From contig CBDCLE010000017.1 in assembly GCA_965218585.1 (NCBI GenBank), positions 1 through 64,000 on the forward strand: a stretch of 64,000 bases of DNA, read 5' to 3'. Source of the stretch: Terriglobia bacterium (lineage in GTDB: Bacteria > Acidobacteriota > Terriglobia > 20CM-2-55-15). The notes under the pieces were generated by a model, which ran no database searches, was not told where the DNA came from, and saw only the letters and a list, made by a program, of their open reading frames with translations. Numbering within the stretch: position 1 is the stretch's first letter; each line of letters starts with the position of its first letter. The position numbers and the translations under genes were made by a program. This document shows positions 19,677 to 29,193 of the stretch, one piece after another.

Positions 19677-20828
19677 ATGATCCACTGCCAGAATTGCACC
19701 ACGCGAAATGAAATGTCGCGCCAGTTCTGCTGGAAATGCGGAACGAAACTCCTTGTGGCATCAGGGACAGCGCCGTCTGAAACACCGATGACTTTCATGG
19801 ATGAACACGTCCTGGAAAGAATCAGCGCAATGGAATACGCCCTGTCGGTCATGAACAAGCGGGTGGAGTCTTTGGCCGAAACGGTTGAGCGGGTGGCGGC
19901 GAACAATTTCATCGACCACACGATGATCGAAACGCTGACCGATTCCCTGGAATCGGCCGGGATAAACCTCACGAACCTCGAAGCAGAGTGGCGAGACCGC
20001 ATCAGCTCCCGACTGACTGAGAATGAAGAGGTCGACCGGCTGGGGTCCCGGATGGAGCGGATCATTGAACTCTACAAGGGCTCCCAACGTAAGCAGTTCA
20101 TGCTCTGGATTGAACGGGCCTATGAGCACATCGCGTCGGACCGACCTACAGAAAGCCTGGGCTCACTGCAATCCGCATTCGAACACGATCCCTCCAACTG
20201 TGAGCTCGGGATGCTTCTGTCTGAAGTTTTTTTCCAGATACAGGACTTCACCGCCTCTCATGCTTGCCTGTCCAAGGTCCTGGGAACAAAACCGGATCAT
20301 TTCGAAGCAACTCTGCTGATGGGACTGATCGAAAAGCGACGCGGGAATTGCAGCGAGGCACAGCGGTTGCTCGAGGTCGCGGTACATCTCAGGGACAACT
20401 CTCCATCGGCACACGCCACCCTCGGTTCCCTGCTCATCGACAACGGCAACCGCGAACGGGCGATGGATCACCTGAATCGAGCACTCGAGCTGAAGCCCAG
20501 TGCACCCGCCCATTTCATGGCGGGAGCGATCTGCTACCAGGACGGACGCCAGAGGCGAGCCATCAGCCACCTGAAGCAGGCCACACAGCTGGACCCCGAA
20601 TTCGGTGAAGCCTTCTATCAGCTGGGGCTGTTGTGCCTTGAAATGAAATGGAGACGTAAGGCTCAAGAGTGTTTCAATCATGCTCAGCGCCTCAATCCCC
20701 GGGAAGACCGGTACCGTCAGAAGGCACGGAGCTATTTCGAGGGGAACGTAACCCCGGACCAATTGAGCGGCCTCGTCCGCGACGAACTACACCTGACGAC
20801 TTGCTGGGGCGAGGAGCGCTCCAAATAA
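19677..20828 (+). CDS. Zinc-ribbon + coiled-coil + TPR protein
   Basis: CQNC...CWKC, heptad-like segment, multiple TPR-like repeats. Confidence 0.75.
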   Translation: MIHCQNCTTRNEMSRQFCWKCGTKLLVASGTAPSETPMTFMDEHVLERISAMEYALSVMNKRVESLAETVERVAANNFIDHTMIETLTDSLESAGINLTNLEAEWRDRISSRLTENEEVDRLGSRMERIIELYKGSQRKQFMLWIERAYEHIASDRPTESLGSLQSAFEHDPSNCELGMLLSEVFFQIQDFTASHACLSKVLGTKPDHFEATLLMGLIEKRRGNCSEAQRLLEVAVHLRDNSPSAHATLGSLLIDNGNRERAMDHLNRALELKPSAPAHFMAGAICYQDGRQRRAISHLKQATQLDPEFGEAFYQLGLLCLEMKWRRKAQECFNHAQRLNPREDRYRQKARSYFEGNVTPDQLSGLVRDELHLTTCWGEERSK

Positions 20829-20923
20829 AAGGAAGTACAGGGCACATAACAGCCCGCAGCCCTTATGATCATGAACCCTGGGGGTTCGTGACCGACCGGC
20901 CCAACTAACGAAAAAGAGGAACC

Positions 20924-21991
20924 ATGGCAGAAGAAACAAACAAAGAAAAAGCCCGGGCACTGGACCTGGCTGTTTCGCAGATTGAAAAACAGTTCGGAAA
21001 AGGCTCAATCATGCGCCTCGGTGGAGAGCATGACATTCCCGCGATGGAATGCATTCCTTCGGGCTCCATCGCATTGGATTCCGCGCTCGGCATCGGCGGC
21101 TTCCCGCGAGGCCGAGTCATCGAGATATTCGGGCCCGAGTCCAGCGGCAAAACCACGTTGACACTTCACGTGATCGCAGAAGCCCAGAAAGCGGGCGGAA
21201 CGGCTGCCTTCGTAGATGCTGAGCACGCACTCGACGCAGCCTATGCACGCAATCTGGGTGTTGATATCGACAACCTGCTTGTGTCTCAGCCCGACAGCGG
21301 CGAGCAGGCCCTTGAAATTACGGAAGTACTAGTCCGCAGCGGTGCGGTCGACGTCGTTGTCGTGGATTCAGTGGCCGCCCTGGTCCCACGCGCTGAGCTC
21401 GAAGGCGAGATGGGAGAAGCGCAGATGGGCCTTCAGGCCCGACTGATGTCCCAAGCGCTCCGAAAACTGACCGGTGTTGTTTCCAAGTCGAAAACCAGCC
21501 TGATCTTCATCAATCAGATTCGGGAAAAGATCGGGGTCATGTTTGGCAGTCCGGAAACCACGACAGGAGGCCGGGCCCTGAAATTTTATTCTTCCGTACG
21601 GGCAGACATTCGAAGGATCGGCGCCATCAAGGATGCCGACAAGATCGTCGGGAACCGAACCCGGGTCAAAGTGGTTAAAAACAAGGTCGCACCTCCCTTC
21701 CGGGATGCAGAATTCGACATCATGTACGGGGAAGGTATTTCCCATGAAGGGGAGCTGCTCGATCTGGCTGTCAGAGAGAAGATCGTTGACAAGAGCGGCT
21801 CCTGGTTCTCCTTCGATGGCGAACGGTTGGGGCAGGGCCGTGAAAATTCCAAGCAGTTCCTCAAGGAAAACACCGAATACTATGCACGCATTGAGGAGGC
21901 CGTCCGGGACGCCCTCGGCCTTGGCGTCGCGGGGGCTGCAACAGCCGCTGCAGCTGGGGTTGCTACGCCAAGTAATGGAAAAGACAGATGA
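20924..21991 (+). CDS. recA: Recombinase A
   Basis: [14 protein letters not shown] and GGRALKFY motifs; no intein. Confidence 0.98.
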   Translation: MAEETNKEKARALDLAVSQIEKQFGKGSIMRLGGEHDIPAMECIPSGSIALDSALGIGGFPRGRVIEIFGPESSGKTTLTLHVIAEAQKAGGTAAFVDAEHALDAAYARNLGVDIDNLLVSQPDSGEQALEITEVLVRSGAVDVVVVDSVAALVPRAELEGEMGEAQMGLQARLMSQALRKLTGVVSKSKTSLIFINQIREKIGVMFGSPETTTGGRALKFYSSVRADIRRIGAIKDADKIVGNRTRVKVVKNKVAPPFRDAEFDIMYGEGISHEGELLDLAVREKIVDKSGSWFSFDGERLGQGRENSKQFLKENTEYYARIEEAVRDALGLGVAGAATAAAAGVATPSNGKDR

Positions 21992-22118
21992 TGTGGAAGT
22001 TGTAGGTCATGGGTGGTGAATGACGGGTGAAAGATGCTACCGGGAAAAAGGGCTAATGTAAAAACCCAATCCTACCGATAATGTGAGTATCTCACTCAGT
22101 TCTCACAACTCGTTGCGC

Positions 22119-22150
22119 AAGGCTCCACTTCGGTGGGGCCTTATTTTTTT
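22119..22150 (+). terminator. Rho-independent terminator downstream of recA
   Basis: aaggctccac-TTCG-gtggggcctt followed by a T-run. Confidence 0.85.
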
Positions 22151-22154
22151 ATTC

Positions 22155-22207
22155 TTAATGAAGGGACAGTGAGCAAATTCAGAATTTGCTCACTGTCCCT
22201 TCATTAA
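22155..22207. repeat. 53-bp palindrome (GGGACAG-type REP-like)
   Basis: ttaatgaagggacagtgagcaaattc-a-gaatttgctcactgtcccttcattaa; perfect 26-bp arms. Confidence 0.85.
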
Positions 22208-22208
22208 A

Positions 22209-23573
22209 GAGGTCGTTCCAATCGGTGTGTAAAAAGAGAAGGCGGTGTACGCTTTCGGTGAATTCGAAACCGTAAGCAATCCCGGCAGCAATCGGGAGAA
22301 AGGTACACCACCCATGAAGAAGAAGAACATACCGGCATCAGTGGCGTCAACGAACGCGTATGAAGGTTTGGAGGACTGGGCGCGATCCCGGGTCCAAGTC
22401 TGGCTACAGGAGCTGCTCGAGGACGAAGTCACTCAATTTCTGGGTCGGGAAAAGTCGGAGCGGAGTCCGAATCGACGAGGATACCGGAACGGTCACGGGA
22501 AGCCGCGACGCTTCGCAATGATGAACGGTACGATGGAGGTTCGACGACCTCGGGTTCGAAACACCGCCGAGCGGTTCGAGAGTCAGATCCTGCCGTATTT
22601 TCGACGGAAATCGAAACAGCTGGGCGAGCTACTTCCCGATCTCTACCTCCACGGTCTGGCCACAGGGGACTTCGAGCAGGCCATGCGCGGACTGCTTGGC
22701 GCTGGCGCTCCGTTGTCGCGAGCATCGATCCAACGACTGAAATCGACCTGGCAGTTGGAGTATGACGAGTGGGTCCAGCAGGACCTGTCCGGCATCGAGG
22801 TCGTGTACCAGTGGGCAGACGGCTTGTACGTGAAAGCGGGGATCGCGAAAGAGCGAGCGGCATTGCTGGTGATCATCGGAGCCTTGTCAGACGGGCGCAA
22901 AGTGGTGTTGGCCTGTGAGAGCGGGCAGCGGGAAAGCAAGGAGTCCTGGAGCCGCATTCTGCGCAATCTCCAGAGACGGGGCCTGAAGCTGGGACGGCTG
23001 ACTGTCGCGGACGGTCACCTGGGCATCTGGTCCGCGCTGGCCGAGCAACAGCCCCAGGGCCAGGAACAACGCTGCTGGAACCACAAGTCGATCAACGTGG
23101 TCGATCATCTGCCGAAGACCGAGCAGCCCGCGGCCAGACAGCTGCTCCATGGGATGGCCTTCGCGAACTCCCGCGCGGCCTGCGAACGAAAGCGGGATCA
23201 GTTCGTCCGCCGATATGAGAAGAACTATCCCAAAGCGGCTGAGACGCTGTTGCGGGACTGGGACCGGATGATCACTTTCTATGAGTTCCCGAAACAACAC
23301 TGGGTGCATCTGAGAACGACCAACATCGTCGAATCGCCTTTCGACATGGTTCGCCTCCGTACCAACGCCGCTCGCCGATTCAAGCGTGTCGAGAATGCAA
23401 CGGCAATGATCTGGAAGCTACTACGTGTCGCTGAGAAGGCTTGGCGACACTTAAAAGGATCCGAACTCTTACAAGAGGTCTATGATGGTCAGCAATTCGC
23501 TGACGGCATCAGAGTCGTGATGAAATCGAAGGCCGCCGCCTGATGACTTTTACACACCTTTTGTAATGACCTC
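22209..23573 (+). mobile_element. IS256-family insertion sequence (1365 bp)
   Basis: 26-bp TIRs with 4 mismatches (GAGGTCgTTcCAAtcGGTGTGTAAAA); 8-bp direct repeat TCATTAAA at 22201-22208 and 23574-23581. Confidence 0.93.
22314..23543 (+). CDS. IS256-family (Mutator-type DDE) transposase
   Basis: GYRNG, WADG, ADGHLGIW, QRCWNH and LRTTNIVES motifs; intact ORF. Confidence 0.93.
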   Translation: MKKKNIPASVASTNAYEGLEDWARSRVQVWLQELLEDEVTQFLGREKSERSPNRRGYRNGHGKPRRFAMMNGTMEVRRPRVRNTAERFESQILPYFRRKSKQLGELLPDLYLHGLATGDFEQAMRGLLGAGAPLSRASIQRLKSTWQLEYDEWVQQDLSGIEVVYQWADGLYVKAGIAKERAALLVIIGALSDGRKVVLACESGQRESKESWSRILRNLQRRGLKLGRLTVADGHLGIWSALAEQQPQGQEQRCWNHKSINVVDHLPKTEQPAARQLLHGMAFANSRAACERKRDQFVRRYEKNYPKAAETLLRDWDRMITFYEFPKQHWVHLRTTNIVESPFDMVRLRTNAARRFKRVENATAMIWKLLRVAEKAWRHLKGSELLQEVYDGQQFADGIRVVMKSKAAA

Positions 23574-23686
23574 TCATTAAATCCACTGTCCCCTAATTAA
23601 GAGATCTCTCCGGCCAATTCACCGACGCGAAGCTATAGCGGATAAAGCACTGATAGCGCATAATGGCCCAATCCCCAGGAGGAACC

Positions 23687-24973
23687 ATGAAAGCTCTTAT
23701 CAGCGCCATATTGGCAACAGGTCTCGTTTCCATCCCCGCGTTCGGGGAAACCCTCTTGCAATGCGGCAGACTTGTCGACGTTCGTGCGGGGCAGATCCTG
23801 ACGGAAATGACGGTTGCCGTAGACGGTTCCACGATACGGGGGGTGGAACAAGGGTTCACCACGGGAAATACAACCGACACCGTCATCGACCTCCGAACCC
23901 ACACGTGTATGCCCGGACTGATTGACACGCACGTGCACCTTACAAGTGAATACAGCGCGCAGTCCGACATCGAGCGCTTCCGGCTGAATCCGTCCGACTA
24001 CGCCTACCGCAGCGTTGCCTTTGCCCAGGACACGTTACTGGCAGGGTTCACGGCGGTACGTGATCTGGGTGGAAGTGCGAATGTGAATATATCGCTGCGC
24101 AACGCGATCAACAGCGGACTCATCAATGGACCACGCGTTTACACGTCTGGCCGAAGCCTCGCGACTACCGGTGGTCATGCGGACCCGACAAACGGCATAC
24201 GCATGGACCTGTCGGAGAACCCGACTCCTGAGGACGGCGTAATAAACGGCCCAGAAGATGCTTTGCGGGCCGTTAGGCAACGCTACAAGGACGGCGTCGA
24301 TGTCATCAAGATCACGGCAACTGGCGGAGTTCTCAGCGTCGCATCGAGCGGACAGAATCCTCAGTTCACCGAAAACGAGATTCGAGCTATCGTCGAGATT
24401 GCTGAAGACTACGGGTTTCGGGTAGCAGCTCACGCACATGGCGCGGAGGGATTGAAACGAGCGGTGCGTGCGGGTGTCGCTTCGATCGAGCATGGAACCT
24501 ATTTGGACGACGAAGGCATCGAACTGATGAAGGAGCACGGAACATATTACGTCCCGACGATCATGGCGGGCCGGTGGGTCGTAGAACAGTCCCGGATCGA
24601 CGGTTTCTTTCCGGAAGTGGTCCGCGACAAGGCCGCCGCGATCGGCCCCCTCATTCAGGACACGTTTCAAAGAGCATATTCCGCCGGCGTCAAGATAGCG
24701 TTCGGAACCGACACCGGTGTCTCCGCTCATGGCGACAACGCGCGGGAGTTCGAATACATGGTCGAAGGCGGCATGTCTGCGCTTGAGGCCATCCGCGCCG
24801 CCACACTTGAAGCTGCGACGTTGCTGGGTGTCGAAAATCAGCTTGGGACCATCGAAGCAGGAGCTTTCTCAGACGTCGTCGCCGTGCCGCAAGATCCGAC
24901 GAGGGACATCACGACGATGGAGCGCGTCAGCTTCGTCATGAAAAACGGCGTGATCTATAAACAACCCGATTAA
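23687..24973 (+). CDS. Exported amidohydrolase-family protein (Xaa-Pro dipeptidase-like)
   Basis: PGLIDTHVH, IKITATGGV, AHAHG, IEHG and FGTD motifs; signal peptide. Confidence 0.9.
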   Translation: MKALISAILATGLVSIPAFGETLLQCGRLVDVRAGQILTEMTVAVDGSTIRGVEQGFTTGNTTDTVIDLRTHTCMPGLIDTHVHLTSEYSAQSDIERFRLNPSDYAYRSVAFAQDTLLAGFTAVRDLGGSANVNISLRNAINSGLINGPRVYTSGRSLATTGGHADPTNGIRMDLSENPTPEDGVINGPEDALRAVRQRYKDGVDVIKITATGGVLSVASSGQNPQFTENEIRAIVEIAEDYGFRVAAHAHGAEGLKRAVRAGVASIEHGTYLDDEGIELMKEHGTYYVPTIMAGRWVVEQSRIDGFFPEVVRDKAAAIGPLIQDTFQRAYSAGVKIAFGTDTGVSAHGDNAREFEYMVEGGMSALEAIRAATLEAATLLGVENQLGTIEAGAFSDVVAVPQDPTRDITTMERVSFVMKNGVIYKQPD

Positions 24974-25002
24974 CGGCTCTGGGAATTCGCAGAGAACCTG
25001 TC

Positions 25003-25401
25003 GTGACATTGAAGCTGGGACATCTACGTCAAGTCAACTTAGGTGTGAGTGATCTCGGCAAGTCCGTCGAGTTTTACCGTGACACGCTCGGCATCGATCT
25101 GATCGCCCAGTACGATCCCCCGGGCATTGCCTTCTTCCAACTTGTAGAAACACGGCTACTGTTGGAAGGGTCCTCCTCGGTAAAGGGAAGCATCCTGTAC
25201 TTTGAGGTTGAAGATATCGAAGCCGCACATTCTGCCCTCAAAGCCAAGGGAGTGGAATTCGATTCTGATCCACACTCGATTTTCCAGGACAGTGAGGGGA
25301 CGTTCGGACCCGCTGGTGGAGAGGAATGGATTGCTTTCTTTCGAGATCCCGACGGTAACGTGTTAGCACTGGCATCCAGAGCCGACCCTTCCGTTCCCTA
25401 G
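25003..25401 (+). CDS. VOC/glyoxalase family protein
   Basis: FYRDTLG, LYFEVEDIEA and FFRDPDGN motifs. Confidence 0.88.
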   Translation: MTLKLGHLRQVNLGVSDLGKSVEFYRDTLGIDLIAQYDPPGIAFFQLVETRLLLEGSSSVKGSILYFEVEDIEAAHSALKAKGVEFDSDPHSIFQDSEGTFGPAGGEEWIAFFRDPDGNVLALASRADPSVP

Positions 25402-25675
25402 AGCAGCCCGTGGCAGAATTCTGCAGGGTCGCGTTACGAGCGCCGTAGAGCCAGATGCAAGGCGGCACGACGACGGCGATGCTTCCCTATCGGTGAGGAG
25501 TGGCAACGCGGCAGATGGCCCGACGCCGCCGTAACCCTGTGGGCGCAGGGGGGTTCGGGCCGCAGGCTTTGTCCTTCGGCGATCACGATGAACAAACGTC
25601 GTTCCGCTCCTCACTCCGCGCCTGCAACCCAAAGACCCCTGCGCGCGACCCTGCAGAGTTCTGCCACGGGCTGCT
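25402..25675. mobile_element. MITE-like element with 32-bp terminal inverted repeats
   Basis: agcagcccgtggcagaa(t/c)tctgcagggtcgcg at 25402-25433 and inverted at 25644-25675 (1 mismatch); CTAG at both borders. Confidence 0.75.
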
Positions 25676-25707
25676 AGACCCGACTACGCCATGCTAAATT
25701 AAAGGGG

Positions 25708-28700
25708 ATGTTCAAGCGACTACCCGACAAACTCGAGTTCCCCGCACTGGAAGAAGAAGTCCTCAGTTACTGGAAGGATCACCGGATCTTCGAACAGAGC
25801 CTCGAGCGCGAAAACGCACCCGACTTTACCTTCTACGAAGGTCCCCCGACAGCGAACGGCAAGCCCGGAATTCACCACGTTTTCCCCCGTACTGTCAAAG
25901 ATCTCGTATGTCGTTACAAGACCATGCGCGGATACCAGGTGCACCGAAAGGCGGGCTGGGACACCCACGGTCTCCCTGTCGAGATCGAAGTCGAGCGTCA
26001 GCTCGGAATCAAGCATAAAGAACAGATCGAGGAATATGGTATCGACCGCTTCAACGCGGAATGCCGAAAGAGTGTCTTCGAATACAAAGACGTATGGGAA
26101 GATCTCACCCACCGGATGGGCTACTGGGTCGACATGGAACGGCCCTACATCACGTGTGAAAACGACTATATTGAATCGGTCTGGTGGGCGCTCGACTCCT
26201 TCTTCAGGAAAGACCTGATCTACCAGGGCTTCAAGGTCCAGCTCTACTGCCCACGTTGCGGCACGCCGCTTTCCTCGCATGAGGTGGCCCTCGGCTACCG
26301 GGACGTCGATGATCCTTCAGTCTACGTCAAGGCACGGCTCAAAGATGAGACAGACACGTTCTTCCTGGTCTGGACAACTACGCCCTGGACACTGGTTTCG
26401 AACGTTGCGCTGGCAGTAGGCACCGATATCGACTACGTCAAGGTTCGTCTGAAAGATGAATTCCTGATATTGGCTAAAGAAAGGATGGGGGTTCTTGGCG
26501 AAGACGCGGACATTTTAGAGTCGTTCAAGGGGAGCACTCTCCGCGGTAAGGAGTACGAGCGCTGGTTCGACTTTTTCCCCGTGGAAGAAAAAGCCTGGTA
26601 CGTGATCGAAGGCGATTTCGTGACCACCACCGATGGTTCGGGCATCGTCCATATGGCGCCGGCATATGGCGAGGACGACTACCAGGCAGCCAGAGAGCAT
26701 GGTCTGCCGATAGTCCAGGCTGTCGGTCAGGAAGGCGAGTTTGGTCCCCATGCCGGACCGTTCGCCGGGATGTTCTTCAAAGAGGCCGATCCGGTGATCA
26801 CGCGCGACCTGAAGGACCGCGGACTCCTGCACTCCAGGGAGACTTATCACCACAGTTATCCCCACTGCTGGCGTTGCGACACGCCCCTCATCTTCTACGC
26901 GCGCAAGTCCTGGTACATCCGAACCACGGATTTCGCCCCGCAGATGATCGAACAGAACCGCAGGATCAACTGGCATCCGCCAGAGGTGGGGGAGGGCCGG
27001 TTTGGAAACTGGCTGGAGGAGAACAAGGACTGGGCAATATCGCGCAACCGCTATTGGGGCACACCGATACCGATCTGGGTTTGCGAATCCTGCGAAGTGC
27101 AGCGTTCGGTAGGGAGCGTTGCCGAGCTACGCGAGCACGGGCACAACCTGCCTGAGCCGCTGGATCTGCACAAACCGTTCATGGACGAGGTGACGTTGGA
27201 TTGTGACTGTGGCGGTGTGATGAAACGAATCCCTGAGGTGGTGGATGCCTGGTTCGACTCCGGATCGATGCCCTTCGCCCAGTGGCACTATCCGTTCGAG
27301 AACGAAGACGTCTTTAAGCACGCCTTTCCGGCGGACTTCATCGCGGAAGGGGTCGATCAGACACGGGGATGGTTCTACACGCTGCACGCCATCAGCTGCC
27401 ATCTCTTCGGCCAACCGAGTTTTCAGAACGTCATCGTCAACGACATGATTCTGGATCGCAACGGACAGAAGATGTCCAAGTCGAAGGGGAATACGGTCGA
27501 TCCGTTCGAAGTCATCCGCCAGTATGGTGCCGATACCGTCCGGTGGTTCCTGATCTCTGCCAGCCCACCTTGGAAGCCGAAGAGCTTCGATCCGGAAGCG
27601 ATCGCCGAAATCCAGCGGAAGTTGTTCAGCACACTTCTGAACACCTATTCGTTCTTTGCCCTCTACGCCAACATCGACGGTTTCGAAAACAAGGAAGAGA
27701 ATGTTCCGCCCGAAGACCGCCCGGACATCGACCGCTGGATCCTCTCCGTGCTTCACTCAACGGCTGGGGAGTACACGAGCGCCATGGACGGATACGATCC
27801 GACCCGGGCCACACGACTCGTGGCTCACTTCGTCACCGAGGAACTCTCCAACTGGTACGTGCGCCGCAACCGGCGGCGTTTCTGGAAAGGCGAACTGAGC
27901 AGGAACAAGGTCGCAGCTTATCAGACGCTCGTTGAGTGCCTCGTTGGCGTCATCAAAATGATGGCTCCGATTGCACCCTTTGTTTCCGATGAACTGTATC
28001 GGCGTTTGATCGAAGGAACCCACATCGAAGACAGTGCGTCTGTTCACCTGGCACCGATGATTACGCCCCGGGAAGAATGTATCGACATCGAACTTGAACG
28101 CCGAATGGAAGTAGCCCAGCAGGTTGTTTTTCTAGTCCGTTCGATGCGATCCCGCAGCAGACTCAAAGTGCGCCAACCCCTGGCCCGAATATCCATTCCG
28201 GCCTCGGAGGAACTCAAGAATCTCGTCCTCGAGAGTCAGGATGTCGTATTGGACGAAATCAACGTCAAACAGATCGAGTTCGTGGAAGAAGACTCTCCAT
28301 TGATCGAAAAAACTGCAACGCCGAACTTCCGGCAGCTTGGACCCAAGTTCGGTAAGAGCGTCAACAAGGTTGCAGCCCGTATCCGGGAAATGACCGGCCC
28401 TGAAATCGCCAGCTTCGAACGCAACGGACGGTTCGAAACCGATCTCGACGGATCCATTGTTGTCCTGGAAAGAGAAGATCTCTCCACGGCCACTAAAGAC
28501 ATCGAGGGGTGGATCGTAGAATCCACGAATGACATCACGGTCGCGTTGGACACGACACTGACCCAGGCGCTGGTCGATGAAGGTTTCGCCCGCGAGTTTG
28601 TCAATCGCGTCCAAAACATGAGGAAGGACGCAGGGTTTGAAGTCACCGACCGTATCCGGATTGGATTCAAAGCTGACGAAAGACTGAGTGAGGCCATTCA

Positions 28701-28857
28701 AAACCTGTCCGGCTACGTCAGAAGCGAAACCCTCGCGCTTGCCCTGGAGTCGATGGAGTCGACACCACTGGAAACCGAGCACCTGTCCGAACACGAAATA
28801 GACGGCCGGGCCTGCGAAATTGGTATCGTCAGGGTGTCGGGTAGTGGGTCCGTTTGA
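25708..28857 (+). CDS. ileS: Isoleucine--tRNA ligase, type 2 (IleRS2)
   Basis: EGPPTANG, GWDTHGLP, WTTTPWT, YPHCWRC, SRNRYWG, KMSKS, long C-terminal extension (REFVNRVQ). Confidence 0.96.
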   Translation: MFKRLPDKLEFPALEEEVLSYWKDHRIFEQSLERENAPDFTFYEGPPTANGKPGIHHVFPRTVKDLVCRYKTMRGYQVHRKAGWDTHGLPVEIEVERQLGIKHKEQIEEYGIDRFNAECRKSVFEYKDVWEDLTHRMGYWVDMERPYITCENDYIESVWWALDSFFRKDLIYQGFKVQLYCPRCGTPLSSHEVALGYRDVDDPSVYVKARLKDETDTFFLVWTTTPWTLVSNVALAVGTDIDYVKVRLKDEFLILAKERMGVLGEDADILESFKGSTLRGKEYERWFDFFPVEEKAWYVIEGDFVTTTDGSGIVHMAPAYGEDDYQAAREHGLPIVQAVGQEGEFGPHAGPFAGMFFKEADPVITRDLKDRGLLHSRETYHHSYPHCWRCDTPLIFYARKSWYIRTTDFAPQMIEQNRRINWHPPEVGEGRFGNWLEENKDWAISRNRYWGTPIPIWVCESCEVQRSVGSVAELREHGHNLPEPLDLHKPFMDEVTLDCDCGGVMKRIPEVVDAWFDSGSMPFAQWHYPFENEDVFKHAFPADFIAEGVDQTRGWFYTLHAISCHLFGQPSFQNVIVNDMILDRNGQKMSKSKGNTVDPFEVIRQYGADTVRWFLISASPPWKPKSFDPEAIAEIQRKLFSTLLNTYSFFALYANIDGFENKEENVPPEDRPDIDRWILSVLHSTAGEYTSAMDGYDPTRATRLVAHFVTEELSNWYVRRNRRRFWKGELSRNKVAAYQTLVECLVGVIKMMAPIAPFVSDELYRRLIEGTHIEDSASVHLAPMITPREECIDIELERRMEVAQQVVFLVRSMRSRSRLKVRQPLARISIPASEELKNLVLESQDVVLDEINVKQIEFVEEDSPLIEKTATPNFRQLGPKFGKSVNKVAARIREMTGPEIASFERNGRFETDLDGSIVVLEREDLSTATKDIEGWIVESTNDITVALDTTLTQALVDEGFAREFVNRVQNMRKDAGFEVTDRIRIGFKADERLSEAIQNLSGYVRSETLALALESMESTPLETEHLSEHEIDGRACEIGIVRVSGSGSV

Positions 28858-29012
28858 AAATCTGCGTAGTCGCTGACCGTAGTGAAAGTCGAATCCAATG
28901 TAGGGGCGGTCTGTGACCGCCCGTTGTTGTGCGCTCATAGAGCGCACCTACAGATCTTGTCGACTTTCACGAACTGACTGGTACTCGATCAGATTTCAAA
29001 CTGACCCACTAC
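28840..29012. mobile_element. 173-bp MITE with nested inverted repeats, inserted in the 3' end of ileS
   Basis: TIR gtagtgggtc(c/a)gtttgaaa; 9-bp direct repeat AGGGTGTCG at 28831-28839 and 29013-29021; internal IR gtgaaagtcga/tcgactttcac; central GTAG REP pair 28899-28953. Confidence 0.8.
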
Positions 29013-29095
29013 AGGGTGTCGACGTAGTCGGAACTTTACGGTATCTTAAGTGTTTGTCAGGAGCGCGGAAGGTCCAACCGACAGCGCTTCAGTGA

Positions 29096-29168
29096 GCCTA
29101 GGTAGCTCAGTCGGTAGAGCGCGGCCCTGAAAAGGCCGGCGTCGGCGGTTCAATTCCGTCCCTAGGCA
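29096..29168 (+). tRNA. tRNA-Phe (GAA), CCA not encoded
   Basis: Acceptor GCCTAGG/CCTAGGC, D-arm GCTC..GAGC, anticodon arm CGGCC-CTGAAAA-GGCCG, T-loop TTCAATT. Confidence 0.95.
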
Positions 29169-29193
29169 CTTCCCCTCTCTGGAAAGGAAACAC

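Noticed and set aside
25402-25707. T-box riboswitch upstream of ileS
   Set aside because: No T-box consensus or terminator; long terminal IRs fit a MITE better
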